DNA of 55,525 nucleotides from Vitrella brassicaformis CCMP3155 (GCA_001179505.1 CDMY01000539.1:1-55525), one strand, 5' to 3'; shown: positions 1 through 12,495, counted from the first letter of the stretch. Program-made: numbers and translations. Notes: generated by a model not told the origin, from the letters alone.

Positions 1-138
1 CCCTAAACCCTAAACCCTAAACCCTAAACCCTAAACCCTAAACCCTAAACCCTAAACCCTAAACCCTAAACCCTAAACCCTAAACCCTAAACCCCTAAAC
101 CCTAAACCCTAAACCCTAAACCCTAAACCCTAAACCCT
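1..138. repeat. Telomeric array (CCCTAAA)n, left chromosome end (TTTAGGG type)
   Basis: About 19 tandem CCCTAAA units from base 1, with one CCCCTAAA variant near 92-98. The array passes directly into unique sequence at 139. Confidence 0.98.
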
Positions 139-802
139 TGTACGAGTCTGTGCACAAAGACAGCACAGACAACGCACCACTGCTGAAATCCAGGAATATC
201 CTAGGATATTCTGGCTTTGGCACTTCATGTGATGTCCTACTGTGACTGCCGCATTTATGAGCGAGACTCTTTCTGGACAGTCAGGTGGGCTGGGTTAGCT
301 TTCGCCCTGGCTACTGGGGTTTGTGTGTGTCACTGAGCAGTACACAGACCACCAGAAACGCGGACGCTCAGACAGCCATATATGTCAACACAAAGAGCGG
401 ATTCTTGTCATTGACCAATGAGGCTGTGGAGGGACGCTTTTAATAATTGCTGACAGCATTAGTGGTCTGTGCGTTTTGTGTTGACGGCATCTCTCTCTGT
501 CTGTCTGTGTGATAGGCCGGAGGGGCCGGGCCATTTGTGTGTCTGAGCAATTCACTAAATCAACTCGATCACTTCATGGCCGTCACCCATGATACACGCA
601 CAGGTAGACACAGTATACCACACAGTCACCGAGAGAAAGAGAGATATGGCTAGCACGTGAGTCAGCCAGGCAGCCTAACATACTCACACATCGGCCGGAG
701 CATCACAATAAAATCGGCCAGCAGCGAAGCGAACCGCATCGGATGCACTCACACTTACATCCACAGCCACAGCCACCCATGAGATGTGCCATGACATCCA
801 TT

Positions 803-840
803 GAGTCACGCAGCTGCAACAGAGTCACGCAGCTGCAACA
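803..840. repeat. Perfect 19-bp tandem duplication (GAGTCACGCAGCTGCAACA x2)
   Basis: 803-821 is identical to 822-840. Confidence 0.9.
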
Positions 841-2439
841 GCTCGTCATTCATATCGTCACTCACATCATCGCCGCTGCCGTCCTCGGCATCCGCACACA
901 CCCAGACCATCGTCCGAATCTATCTCACACACACAAAGTAAACATCCATTCATCAGATGAATGTTTACTTTTGAACGTGTCCGTCTCCGTATATGTATAT
1001 GTACCATTCTCATTGTCATCTTCCTGCTGCTGCTGCTGTTGCTGCTGCTGCTGTTGTTATTGCTGCTGCTGCTGTTGTTGCTGCTGTACTTGTTCGTCGA
1101 ATGCCATTCGTCCGTATTCGTCTATTCGTCCGTCGAATATGAGTAGCGCCACCGCCCCCAACGCCACACGAGCCACCTGACTTGTCAACGGGAAGCGGTG
1201 CTCAACAGACTACTCCCACACACAGCCGCCTCAGTCGTCTTGAACAGAAAGGTCACTGCACACATGGGAAAGGTCAATCACATTTCACCACCACAGCTGT
1301 CTGTCTGTCATTCTGAACGTCATTCTCACCGGTTTTTCCGGTTTTTCCTAGATTCACGATGTCGACCCATGCGACGAATGGATGGCTGCCATCGGTCAGC
1401 ACCAGCCGTCGCACACAATCGTCCCGGCTCACTGTGGTCGTACAGCCGGGCACTGAAGTGTGGGGCGACTGAATGAACAGGCCATCCAGACGAGCGCCAA
1501 CGACATCCCTAAACAGACAGACACCAACAAACGACTTGTCCTGTGCCCCTCTTGACCCCATTGATTCCGTTAGTGTGCTACCTGGTGAGTCTAGTGAATG
1601 TGTCATTGATCTGCTGCCGGTGAGTCCCGTAGAAGTGGTCTAAGATCTTGCACTTGGCAAACGACGACAGTGACGCATCGATGCGCTCATTGAAGGCCGA
1701 CGACAACCATCTGGCGTCGGCGGCCGAGTACTGGGTGATAGGGCTGCGCACCGGCGGGTCTTGTGGCTGTCTGTGCCGCCGGTACAGGTGGCCGGCAGGG
1801 AGGGGCGGATCGACGTCCAGGCGGAAATTGGGCTCGTCGATGATGGCCCGCCACTGGTTGCCATGGTGGAACAGCTGCAGGCAGGTGCCGTCACTGAAGT
1901 GGATGTGGCGGCCGACCATCTCGAGCTGCGCCAACACACGGGGAGCCGACACATACGCCTACACACACACCACAGAGACACACACAGAGAGAGATCATGA
2001 GGCCCTCCCCCTCCCCTCCCCGCCCCTCTGTTTGCTGGCTCACCTTTATGTTTGCGTGTGTGTTGATGTCATCGGCTGTGAGGATGACAGGCAGCTCAAA
2101 GTTGCCGCACTGCCCCGCCAGCCCAATCACCTCGACCATCTCGCCCCAGTCCCCCTCCTCCACCACACACACCGCCGCCAGCAGATCATGTGTGACGAAC
2201 TGGTCGTCGTCGAACCGCAGCAGCTGCAGTTGCTCCCCATTTACCGCCCGCCGCAGCCCCGCCTGTGAGCCCAGCGAGTGGCTGAGCCGATCTCTCAGCT
2301 GGGCCGCTCCGAAGAGCTCTCTTTGCCAGGTGCAGGTGGCCCTCAGCGGCACGACGTCCTTGACGCTGAGGAGGTAGCGGCTCCTCCGGCCCACACACAG
2401 GTATGACACGGGGTGCTGCTGCTGCTCGAGGTGCTGCAT
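815..2439 (-). pseudogene. Lineage-specific (Vitrella-type) hypothetical protein, probable pseudogene
   Basis: Exon-like ORFs MQHLEQQQHPVSYLCVG..., ...LQLFHHGNQWRAIIDEPNFRLDVDPPLPAGHLY... and ...LVLTDGSHPFVAW.... An apparent -1 frameshift lies at ~1204 (TTEAAVCGSSL / EHRFPLTSQVARVALG), and there is an in-frame TAA at 1057-1059 inside a CAG/CAA poly-Q tract. Family assignment is from recall. Confidence 0.6.
1023..1086. repeat. (CTG/TTG)n trinucleotide repeat, read as poly-Q on the minus strand
   Basis: Direct reading. It explains the poly-Cys and poly-Leu plus-strand ORFs. Confidence 0.9.
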
Positions 2440-3031
2440 GGGATGGATGGGCCAAGACGGTCAGATGAGTGAGGCGCTCGACGAGAGGCTGCACAGAGCG
2501 ACAGAGGCGACAGACAGAGGATTATGTCCATCAAACATGCTGCTCACAGATCTGTGTGCTTCTCACCTTCCCCCTTCGAGGCGTAGACGGACAGATCAGA
2601 TGAGCTACAAACCACCACCACCACCAGATGAGGAGGCCGTTGCCGCTCCTCAGCCACACTGCACCGATGGGCCGGCAGACACACAGAGAGAGGCACACAG
2701 ACAGACTCACAGACAGACAGACAGACAGACAGACAGAAAGGCCAAGACATTCATTGAGGTGAGTGGATGAGCGCATCAGTCAGTATGTCAGTGAGTCAGT
2801 GAGTGTTGGGCCTCCCTCACCTCCGATGTCTGTCAGCTCAACGGCCCTCCGATGTCTGTCCCTCGAGTCAGCAGTCGAGAGGATGACTAACTCGAGGGAC
2901 TCTTCTCGACCTCTTGTCGGCCGAGTGCCTCACTCTCGCAACGCACAGCTGTCCGGCAAGCCGCAGAAACGCCGCACTTTGGCCTCTCGTGGGATTATAG
3001 GGTAACAAACCCTTTGAACTTGTCAAAGTTT

Positions 3032-3067
3032 GGTTTAGGGCTTAGGGCTTAGGGTTTAGGTTTTAGG
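3032..3067 (+). repeat. Degenerate interstitial telomeric array, G-strand on plus (opposite orientation to the terminal telomere)
   Basis: GG TTTAGGG CTTAGGG CTTAGGG TTTAGG TTTTAGG. Confidence 0.85.
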
Positions 3068-3204
3068 TGAGATTGAATCGATGCCACAACCTTCTTTTTT
3101 GGGACAGCCGCCGGCGTGCCGTTTGTGTGAGAGGACAGACCTCCTGTCGGCGGAAACTGTCGTCTTCGAGTGAGTGCAGATCTCCGCCACTGCATCATCA
3201 CAAC

Positions 3205-3569
3205 GTGGCATCGTCGAGCTCTTCTGGCCATAACACTCACCCACAGGTGAGCACAGAGAGCACAACGCCGCGCAGCACCGATGCACGGCTGAGAGTTTCT
3301 TTGCTGCCTGGCCCGTTTGTCACGCAGGTGGCTGTCGCATCGTCCTGTCGGTATCGTGTGGGCAGCCGCGTGCTGATGGTGTCGGACGGAAAGGCAAGGA
3401 AGGGCAGCCACTTGTGGGTGGTGGCCGTCGTGTCCAAGCTGGAGCCGACTGCGGGAGGGACGAGGGTCTTCATGCGGGAGGTCGGTGGTATGGATGAGGA
3501 GTTCAAGACAGTAGTGCCCAACGCCACAAGACACTTCCACGAGCTTGACGACATCAAGGCAGTAAGCAG

Positions 3570-3600
<31 letters not shown>

Positions 3601-5038
3601 GATGTCCTGTTTGACGAGGATCGGGTGCGATGGCTTCAAATGGGTTGGCCGTAAGGTTGTCCAGCAGCAGAGCCTCGATGGACAGAAGGTACACACCTGC
3701 ACGGCATCGCTGACATGAATCCATCCTCCTCGACTCACGTGTCGCCTCTTGGTTGCGCAGAGCGGCGAGCCGTTCTCTATCCTCGACGCCATCGTCGATC
3801 GCCTCGGGCTTTATGAGGTGGCGGCTTTGTCGAGGGATTTCATGGACCTGCTGGGCGTTGCAGGGTGTGCCGCTCTCTTTGGTGCCTGCAAGACACTGAA
3901 CGTCGCCACCAACATCACCACGAGCATCCAGGAGCGCATCGACGAGCTGCTGCGCGAGCAACAGATCGACGGCGTGCTGACGTACGACCAAAACACCACC
4001 CAAACCCAGCAGCAGCAGCCGCAGCAGCAGCAGGGAGGGGCCGGGCAGCAGCAGCTGACCCGACGGGGGTTTCTGGTGCGCCTGTGGTGGGTGCTGGTCA
4101 AGGGCGGGCAGTGGGCGGGCAACAAGCCGATCCTGCGCCTGGCCAGGAGCAGTGGCCGTCTGGCGTCCCTCCCACTCATCATCACATCGGCTGACGTGCT
4201 GCTGGTGACGGCCGACAAGGACCTCTACCTCGACCGCCCAGAGGCCATCCGCCAGTACAGCCTCTACGCCCACCGACTGGGCGACAGTATGCAGCTGACG
4301 CGCTTTGCCTTCAGGGCTTAGATTCTGGGCGGGTGGGACAGGCTGGGCGAGTGTGTGGTGAGGGTGCACACACAGCGGACGGTGGCGGATGAGTATGCGG
4401 ATCGATTCGATGGTGCCGATCCCCCGTGCCGATGTGAGAGAGGGGAGGGCACAGCACCACAGGAGAGCCAACTTGACATGGATGCTGTCTGCCGCTGTGT
4501 GTTTTTGTGTGTCTGCAGACCGAGGTAACGAGTTCGACGATGGTTTCGACTACAGCAGCTTCCGTGACGTGATCATCGACGAGTACGCAGCGACTCAAAT
4601 GACAGAAGAAACAACACACCAATGTGTCATGTTGTCTGGCTTTTCGCTACCTGCTCTTTCAGGATGACAGAGTGGTCGTTGCGGCATGTGTCGCATCAGG
4701 ACTGGCGTCCGCCCTGTGCTGAGTGTGACCGCATCTGTGGCCTGATCGACCAGCAGCCGCCCCTGTGGGACGGCTGCCGCACCATCGACTACACCTTGAC
4801 CACCAACCGCGGCCCATACCGGCTCGTCATACTGCATGGCGAGGAGGAGGGCGACGACTTGGCGGTATCCATCATCATGGCCAAGCCTAAACCCTGGGGT
4901 AATGGGTCGGCATCCATCTACCTCTACACCACCGAGGCGCCCCAGCCGGGCGGCAGTGGCCCTGCTGCCTTCCCGCGGGCAGTGGCCATCGCCCACAACA
5001 AGATGGGCGACGCTGTGCGGCTACTGCCAAACATCTGA
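3205..5038 (+). pseudogene. Lineage-specific family gene, copy F1 (N-module X plus C-module A), disabled
   Basis: Exon 1 has lost its ATG (CAACGTGGCATCG versus CAACGATGGCATCG in the paralogues). An in-frame TAG at 4319-4321 is followed by continued homology (ILGGWDRLGECVVRVHTQ...DPPCR). The last exon reads QQPPLWDGCRTIDY...RLVILHGEEEGDD...AHNKMGDAVRLLPNI*. Paralogous to 24543-25819 and 46477-48340. Confidence 0.75.
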
Positions 5039-5789
5039 CAGAAGAGCAGACGCTCTGGTCCGTTGGACACACGAGGGGGCGGGAGAAGCCATGTTGTTTC
5101 TTTGGCTCATTGTGTGCCCTCTTTGCCTCTGTGTGTGTGTGTGTGTGTGTGTATGTGTCAGGTATGTGAGCTGAGTGGACGATATGAGGGCTCTGGTGGT
5201 GTGATTGACACGTATGTGTTGAGTGAGGATGGCAATGGGGGCGGCTGACTTTAAGTGTCTGTCTTCCACGATAGTAGGCTCTCGCTGCGTTTGCAGCAGA
5301 ATGATCATAGGTTACAGACAATCCGCTTACTCTAAAAGCCGATGTGATGTTCGTTGGTGGTGTGGGTTGGTGGTGTGTGTGGAGGGGGAAATCACGTGGG
5401 TGCGCACGAACCATACACACCATGAATGGCTATGGCTTAGTCATATACACTACACACATACACATACAGGTCCGTACAAGTCAGTCAGTGTCCAGTGGTG
5501 GCATCAGGATCAAGTGACGTCAAGATCAAGCCCATGCATCTCTCTCATCTCGACATCTCCCATGTCATCTCTCACACACCGCAATCGGCACTAGCATGCA
5601 AATTTCTCTCTCGTCCACTCCCACTCCCCTCCCCCCTCTATGCTGTGTGCGAAACATCTCTCTCTCTCTCTGTGTCTCTCTCGGGCATCAATGCTTTCGA
5701 GTGGATGAAGAACACGCACACAGCCGGCCTTGCAAGCAAGCCTTCACACATCTGACCAACCAAAACGACCGGTGAAGTGACACATTGGT

Positions 5790-5840
5790 CGTCATCATAG
5801 AAGATGAACGAGTCCACGGTGAGGATGAGCATCCAACCGT
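5790..5840 (-). pseudogene. Pseudo-exon fragment homologous to a late exon of the Patched/NPC1-like gene
   Basis: 5800-5837 matches 8385-8422 at 35/38 nt (MLILTVDSFIF versus MLILTVESFIF), followed by a frameshifting deletion before ATGATGAC. Confidence 0.6.
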
Positions 5841-7808
5841 AGCCTTGTGTGCCCACATGTGTGGTTCTGTGTGGGGGGCGTTGTGTGAGCAGAGTAGCCC
5901 AGTCCCATGCGATCCTCAATCCGCCTCTCATGCCGACAGAGACACGCACACATGGCAGATGGACAACTGACTGACTGACTGACCGACTCACCGACCCGAC
6001 CGACCGATGGCTATATCAGATGGGTGTGGTGGGTGTGGTGAGTGGGCATCATATCAATGACATGCAGCACATCATGGGCACAAATACATCCCTCTCGCCG
6101 CTTGCAGACTTCCCCCGACCCACCAGTGACAGCCCGCCCTCCCCCCCCACCCCAACACACACACACACGCATCCACACAGCAGACGAGAGTGGGGTAGGC
6201 CACTGGGAAAAAACGATGAACATAGAAATCGATCGGCATGAAACGTCACTCACTTGCAAATGGCTGGCTGAGTGAGTGCGACGCACGCAGAAAGCGCGGT
6301 CAGCGAGAATGCGATGAATGCGTGCGTGTGTGTAGGTGTGTCATAGCGAGACACATGAGACACACAGAAACAAGCAGAAACAAAGCTAGGAGCGAAAACA
6401 CAGCTGGGTCAAGTCAGAGAGAGAGAGAGAGAGAGAGGGATGGGAGGGAGAGGGAGGGGGAGGGGGAGAGAAAGGGAGAGAGAGGTTTCTGAGAGTGGAT
6501 AAGATGAAGGCTGTATGCAAAACAGAAAAACACTGCCCAGCGGATGAATGGAAGGATGAGCGATGTCACGCTTCGCTTACACACAGGATGCCCGCGCCAC
6601 TCACGCCCACACACATAAAACACACACACACACACCCCAACACAAGGCCGGCCATCGATTGTGCGGAAGTATTCCCGTCCTCCCTCCCTCCCCTCAAGCA
6701 CACACCCATATGTTCCCTTTACACACACGCACTGCAACAAATACCTAGTGCCGATCTCTACAGCCTATCTCCGCTTCGCGTGGGTGCGATCCTCTACACT
6801 CTATCAAATATACCTCCGTGTGTGTGGGTGGGTGGACGGGACGGATATGATGTGTGTGACCACCACCCTCCCTGACCTGACCCCTACCTCTCTCGCTTGT
6901 CAATGTGTGTATTTTATGTGTTTGAGTAGAGTACTCTACAGGCGAGTGGGAAAGTCTCGTGTGTCCTGGATGGATGGATGGATGGCATGGATGCGCCAAA
7001 AAAAGGAGTCGAGTCTGACTTGACGCACACACCAAGAGGGAGGGCTACGGCTACACTGGTGGGACTGATTACTGCTCAGACCGGACAGACAGCTATGGCT
7101 CTTTTCTCTTCAAGTGGGGCGGACACACAGACACACACACACACACACATGAGCTGAGATATATGAGATGGGGTCGTACAAACACACACACATACACTTA
7201 CACACATATGCACATATCCACACACACAGAGAGAGAGAGATACACTCAGACATACAGGAGTGGCGTACAGAGATCTGTAGTACTCTGATCTTTCGTTGGT
7301 GCGATAGAGCGATGGACAGACAGACAGACAGACAACAGACAGACAGAGCGATAAGAAAGACACAGTCAGCCAGCAGCCAGCCATTCATTCATCCCGCCCC
7401 CCTTGCCCCTGTACGCGCCTATACAGACAGCCCCAGCCAGTCAGTCAGTCAGTCAGCGCACAGACCAGTCAGTCATATACAAAGCCGACATCTACATACA
7501 TAGAAATGCACCCATCCACACGCATACACACCCCCACCCTCACACACCTTTACACACGAGAAACAACAAACCACACCGCACCGCCCCACATCGGCTGCCG
7601 TTGATGCTGCTGCCTCAGGCTGTAAAAAAAGCATATATACTCACTCAGTCACTCACTGCTATCTTCCTAATCCCTGACTTGTTCGTTCCGGCAGCCATCA
7701 GCCAGCCATCCATTATGCGAAAAGAGCGGAAAACACCGCACCGACCCCCCACGCCCCCGACAACCAGACGGACAGGCAGCTCACGCCACCTCTGTTTGTC
7801 TCTGTCTG

Positions 7809-9731
7809 TCATGAGGAGCCAGGCACGTCGCCCCTCCGAATGTCCATGACCTCCACTGTCCTGTCGATCCTCAGCTCCATCTCGATGTCATAGCAGATGG
7901 GCCTGACCGAACTTGACACCACATAGTCGTCATATTGCCTTCCCGCTGCTGCTGATGCTGCCGAGGGGGGTAGTGGTGGGCGACCTGCTTCGCCCAGCTC
8001 CGACGACGAGGAGCACTGGCTGTCGTCGGTGCTGCTCCCCCGCTCGTCTAGCTCGGTCGCATGTTCCGCATCAACGTCGTGGGAGCGGTACTCTCCCTCG
8101 GTGTCAGTCGTGATGGAGATGTCGATGTGCGATGGCGGGGTGCACTTGGTGGGGGTGCTGGTGGCGGTGGTGTTGGGGGCACCACCCTGCTGCTGCTGTG
8201 GGTCGAAAGGCCCGACGAGAGAGAGGAGTACGGGCAGCAGGATGATGCCGTGCGCAAAACCCAACACCAGCACCTGACAAACAAATGACAAGACATCCAA
8301 TCCACTGTGTGTGTGTTGGGGGGAAGGGTGTTGGTTGGGTCAGTCGGCTTAGCTTACGAGTGTCATCATTCTGAAGAAGACAACGAAGATGAACGACTCG
8401 ACGGTGAGGATGAGCATCAAACACAGCTGCGTCGACACGGCACCGTGGAACACCGGATTGCCCATCAGCACCAACGTCTCAACCATCCTGCGCACGCACC
8501 AGACACCACACACGCACACACACACCACACACAGGGAGAGACAGAGAGAATGGATGGATGTCATCCCTCTGTCCCCCTCTCTCTCTCTCTCTCTGTTTAC
8601 CGGTGGTCTCTCGTCTTGCCCACACAGTGTGTGAAGGTGTGGACGATGTGGGTGGTGTAGTCGACAGAGAAGCCGATCGAGATTATCAGCGTTATCATGG
8701 TCAGCATGTTCAGCGTCAGCCCCCACAGATGCATAAAGGCAAACAGCCCCAGGTCAATCATGACGATCATCGATATCACCAGCAACGGCGCCTTCCACTC
8801 GGCAATAAGCAGAATCGACACCGCCACGACAGCCACAAAGCACCAGGCCAGGCTGGTCAGGGTCTCTTGGAAGATCCGGAGCTCGCTCTCGAGAAACACG
8901 AAGCCACGGGTGTAGGCCAGTGGCCGGAGGGGTGACTCGGCAGTGTCTCGCCTGACGCCCTCCATGAAGGACGAGACCCCCACAGAGGAGTCGTACCACT
9001 TTCCCCATAGCTGAAACCGATAGCTCGCCAACCCTCCTGCCAGCCATCCCACACATACACACACAGAGACGCATCCACGAAAGGTTCTCTTGAGGTTTAG
9101 GGTTTAGGGTTGAGAAACCCTAAACCCTAAGACATACCATCAGGGGTGAACTTGAACCCGGGCGCGAACTGGCGGTACATTGGCGTGTCGAGGAAGCTCG
9201 CCAAGCCGGCGGAGAATGCCGCCATCGCCTCTGTGTCCTCCAGGCCCTCACCAGGTCTCCGCTCCTCCCGCCCAGCCGGGCAGAGAGACCGCCGCTGCTC
9301 ATGCCGATCAGACGATGCACTAAACCATACCAACACACACAACGACACAGTTTCCATGTGTGTGGGTGTGTGTGGTTTATCTTATAGTGACTGACTTGTA
9401 TGCGTTGATATCGGCGTCTCGTGCGTGTATGCCGCACTGCAGGTGGGAGTCGAAGCATCTCGAGCAGCGGAGGTACTCGTACAGGCCGTCCCACAGGACG
9501 CCGCTCGAGTAGGGGGCACTCTGCAGCCGACTGTGCATCGAGATAAACTCATCCTAACACACGCACACACACACCGAGAGAGAGGGGGCTGCAGACATGA
9601 GCAGAGAGGGAGGGAGGGAGGGCGGACCTGCACTTGTGGCTTCCACCATTGGACGTTTTGTGGGAAGAAGACCTCCACCTCTTCGCCATAGGTCGTGAAG
9701 TACTTCTCAGACTCCTGGAAGAATGTCTGTC

Positions 9732-9762
<31 letters not shown>

Positions 9763-11515
9763 GAGGGAGGGTGTGTGTGTGTGTGGTTGTGTGCGCCCTT
9801 GTGGGTACCCGGAGGTAGGAATCCGTCGGCGTGAGATACACCAGCCGCATCCCCGCCCTCATTTGCAGACAGCCCCACACCGCCACCGCCACATAGCACG
9901 CAAACACCAGCAGCACCAGCCCCTTGCACACCCCACTCCGCAGCGCCCTACCATAGAACTCCATGAAGAAGCGCCGCCAGTTCTTGCCCACAGTGCCGCG
10001 GGGCTCCTCACACTCGCCGTCTGGCGTGATGACGTCATCGATGGACGTCACAGATGATGATGGGCCGATCATCCACTGCTGCGACTTGCTGCTGCTGGGG
10101 TGGCTGTGGCTGGGGCTGGGGTGGTTGGTCTTTGTCCTCCTCTCGTGCGCTTCGAGCTGCCGTGCGACAAGCTGGTAGGTGGAGGGGAGGGGGGCGGGGG
10201 GGAACGTTGAGGGCGGGACGGAATCCTGCAGACAGACAGACAGACAGAGGGACGGAGGGAGGGAGACGCCGTGTGTGTGATGAGTGTGTGTCCTGCCATG
10301 GTGCAGACTGACCTTGCTCGAGGTGGTCGGTGCGTCGGGCGGCGCGTGGCTGTGGCTGTGGCTGTTGACCTTGTGTCTGTGGCTGCGTATGGGCGTGATG
10401 CGGGGAATACCGGTGATCTTGAACGGCAGTATGTCGGCATACCCCGCCAGCAGGTGCCGCTGCTTGGCCTCCTCTCGCCGCGCATCCAGACACAGAAAAC
10501 CGAGGAAGAATGTTAAGGCCATCACATACCCCTGAGACACACACACACACACACACAATGGTGTGGTGTGTGGATTGCCCATCCACTGTCGTCCTCAATG
10601 GCTGACCGACCATTGCCAGCCCTGCAGCCGTGACGAGGGCGAAGTTCTGGATGCCCTGATAGGGGCTGGCGACGCCGATAGCGAAGGCCACGAGGTTGGT
10701 GAGGGTCGTGATGGTGATCGACACGCCTGACACACATGACACACACACACACACACATACAGAGGGAGAGAGTTGAGGTGTCTTCGTGTCGGTGTGTGTG
10801 TCGTTATGTGTCTGGCGAGCTGACCGCAGTCTTCGAGTGCGATAGCGCATCTCTCCCGGGCAGAAGTGGCCTTGAAGGCCAGGCTGTACGAGTTCATCAT
10901 CACAAACATGTCATCCACACCGATTCCTACACACACACACACACACACTCTTCTCGCCCTTTTCTCTCTCCCACCGCGCCCGCCCGCCGCCCACCCACCC
11001 ATAACGAGAAACGGCGTTGCTTCTGCGGGCGGCACGTGCATCAGCCCACACAAGTGACACAGCCCAGCACCGGCAAGATAGCCCAGGCCAGCCGCCGCGC
11101 ACCCACACAGTGCTGGGATGGACTTGCACTTGGAGAGGTCGGTGGAGAAGCTGACCATCGCGGCGTAGGCGAAGATCATGAGTCCGGCCAAACCCAACTT
11201 GATCAGGTGACCCATGTCGAGTGACGTGCTGGCCGCCAGCTCGTCGTCTGCACACACATGAACGATGGGATGGTGGGCGGTGCGGTGTGGTGTGTGTGGG
11301 GAGGGAGGGACTCTCTGTCTGTCTATCTGAGTCACTGACCGATTGAGCGCGCTGCGTTGACGACTATGGTGACGTCGGGGATGTGCAGCTGGTGCGCCTT
11401 CTCGATGAACCGCTCTTCCCACTGCAGACAGGCCTGCAGCTTCGACGGCTCGCCGGAGCAGCTGTACCGGAATAACAGCGCTGCACAGACACACACACAC
11501 GCGCACACACATACA

Positions 11516-11550
<35 letters not shown>

Positions 11551-12495
11551 GTGCATTTTCCATCCAAAAGCGTGTGGGTATGAGTGTGCATACCTGTGGC
11601 AGCCTGAACGTATTTCTCTCCCTGTGTGTTGGTGGCTGTGGTGATATTCTCCATCAGCATATCGTCCTGCCACACCCGGAACATCCCATCGCGCCGCGAC
11701 ACATGACGCGGGTACCGCAGCACATACGGCGAACCGAACATGCTGACACACACACACACAGATGGATGGATGGATGGACACCGCGGCACACCCAGACACC
11801 CACCTGTCGTCATGATACATCTGCAAGACGTTCTCCATCCCGCAGCGGCCGTCGCCGTCCTCCTGGCAGATGTCCGCCCACACGAACTTCAGCCCCCGGC
11901 CATCATCGACCTTCATGCTCCGGAGCTCCTCATCGAGCGCTCTGAACCGCCGCAGGGCGTCCCTCTGGAGCATGTTGGGCCGCCTGGCGGGGTCGCCGAT
12001 GGCCACGAGGTAGGACTGCCGGGGAGGGAGGGAGCCGAACGTTGCTAGGTACGTCGCACGGTTCTGAAATACGGATGGACAGAAAAAGCCGATAGATCTC
12101 TTTTCTCCCCCTTCTGTGTGGAGTCGCATGTGGGTGTGGGTGGGTACTGTACCTGTGCTGATTGTGTGTCGTGTCTTGCGTATAGCGCCTCGGCCTCTGT
12201 CACAGGGTCGCGGGCGAGGATAAAATAAACCACACTGAAGCAGCACAGCAGCGGCACCAAAATGAACTGCACCACACACACACAGCCACACACAGAGAGA
12301 GAAGGGAAACAGCTGAGCTGATGCCCCTCCCTCCCCTCTGATGCTTGAATGCTCTCCACCCTCCCTCACCGGCCATGGGCGGTCGTACACAAAAAGAGCA
12401 TATCTTCGAAACCCCCGCTGCAGCCACTCCACAAGCCCCGCCTTCCACCGGCAAATCGACCACCCCGCCAGCCCCCGGTGGCTCATCGCGCCCAT
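7809..12495 (-). CDS. Patched/NPC1-related sterol-sensing-domain (RND-type) membrane protein, multi-exon
   Basis: SSD and Patched motifs across exons: GIGVDDMFVMMNSY, GVSITITTLTNLVAFAIG, GFSVDYTTHIVHTF, MGNPVFHGAVST, VLGFAHGIILLPVLLSLVGP. ATG at 12495 (alternative 12486), TGA at 7809. Confidence 0.9.
9097..9130. repeat. Perfect 15-bp inverted telomeric repeat inside intron 9037-9137
   Basis: TTAGGGTTTAGGGTT-GAGA-AACCCTAAACCCTAA. Confidence 0.95.

Noticed and set aside
743-1180. Poly-Cys and poly-Leu ORFs on the plus strand
   Set aside because: They are antisense or off-frame readings of the CAG/CAA poly-Q tract of the minus-strand pseudogene.
2998-3010. 13-bp reverse-complement match to 29820-29832 (GTTTGTTACCCTA)
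   Set aside because: Matches of this length are expected by chance in a 55-kb self-comparison.
1057-4321. Stop-to-Gln genetic code reassignment, suggested by the TAA in poly-Q and the in-frame TAG at 4319
   Set aside because: Intact genes in the window end in TAG (14753) and TAA (48791), and fumarase, RRP40 and Whirly show no internal TAR where traced. Single C-to-T nonsense changes explain both cases.
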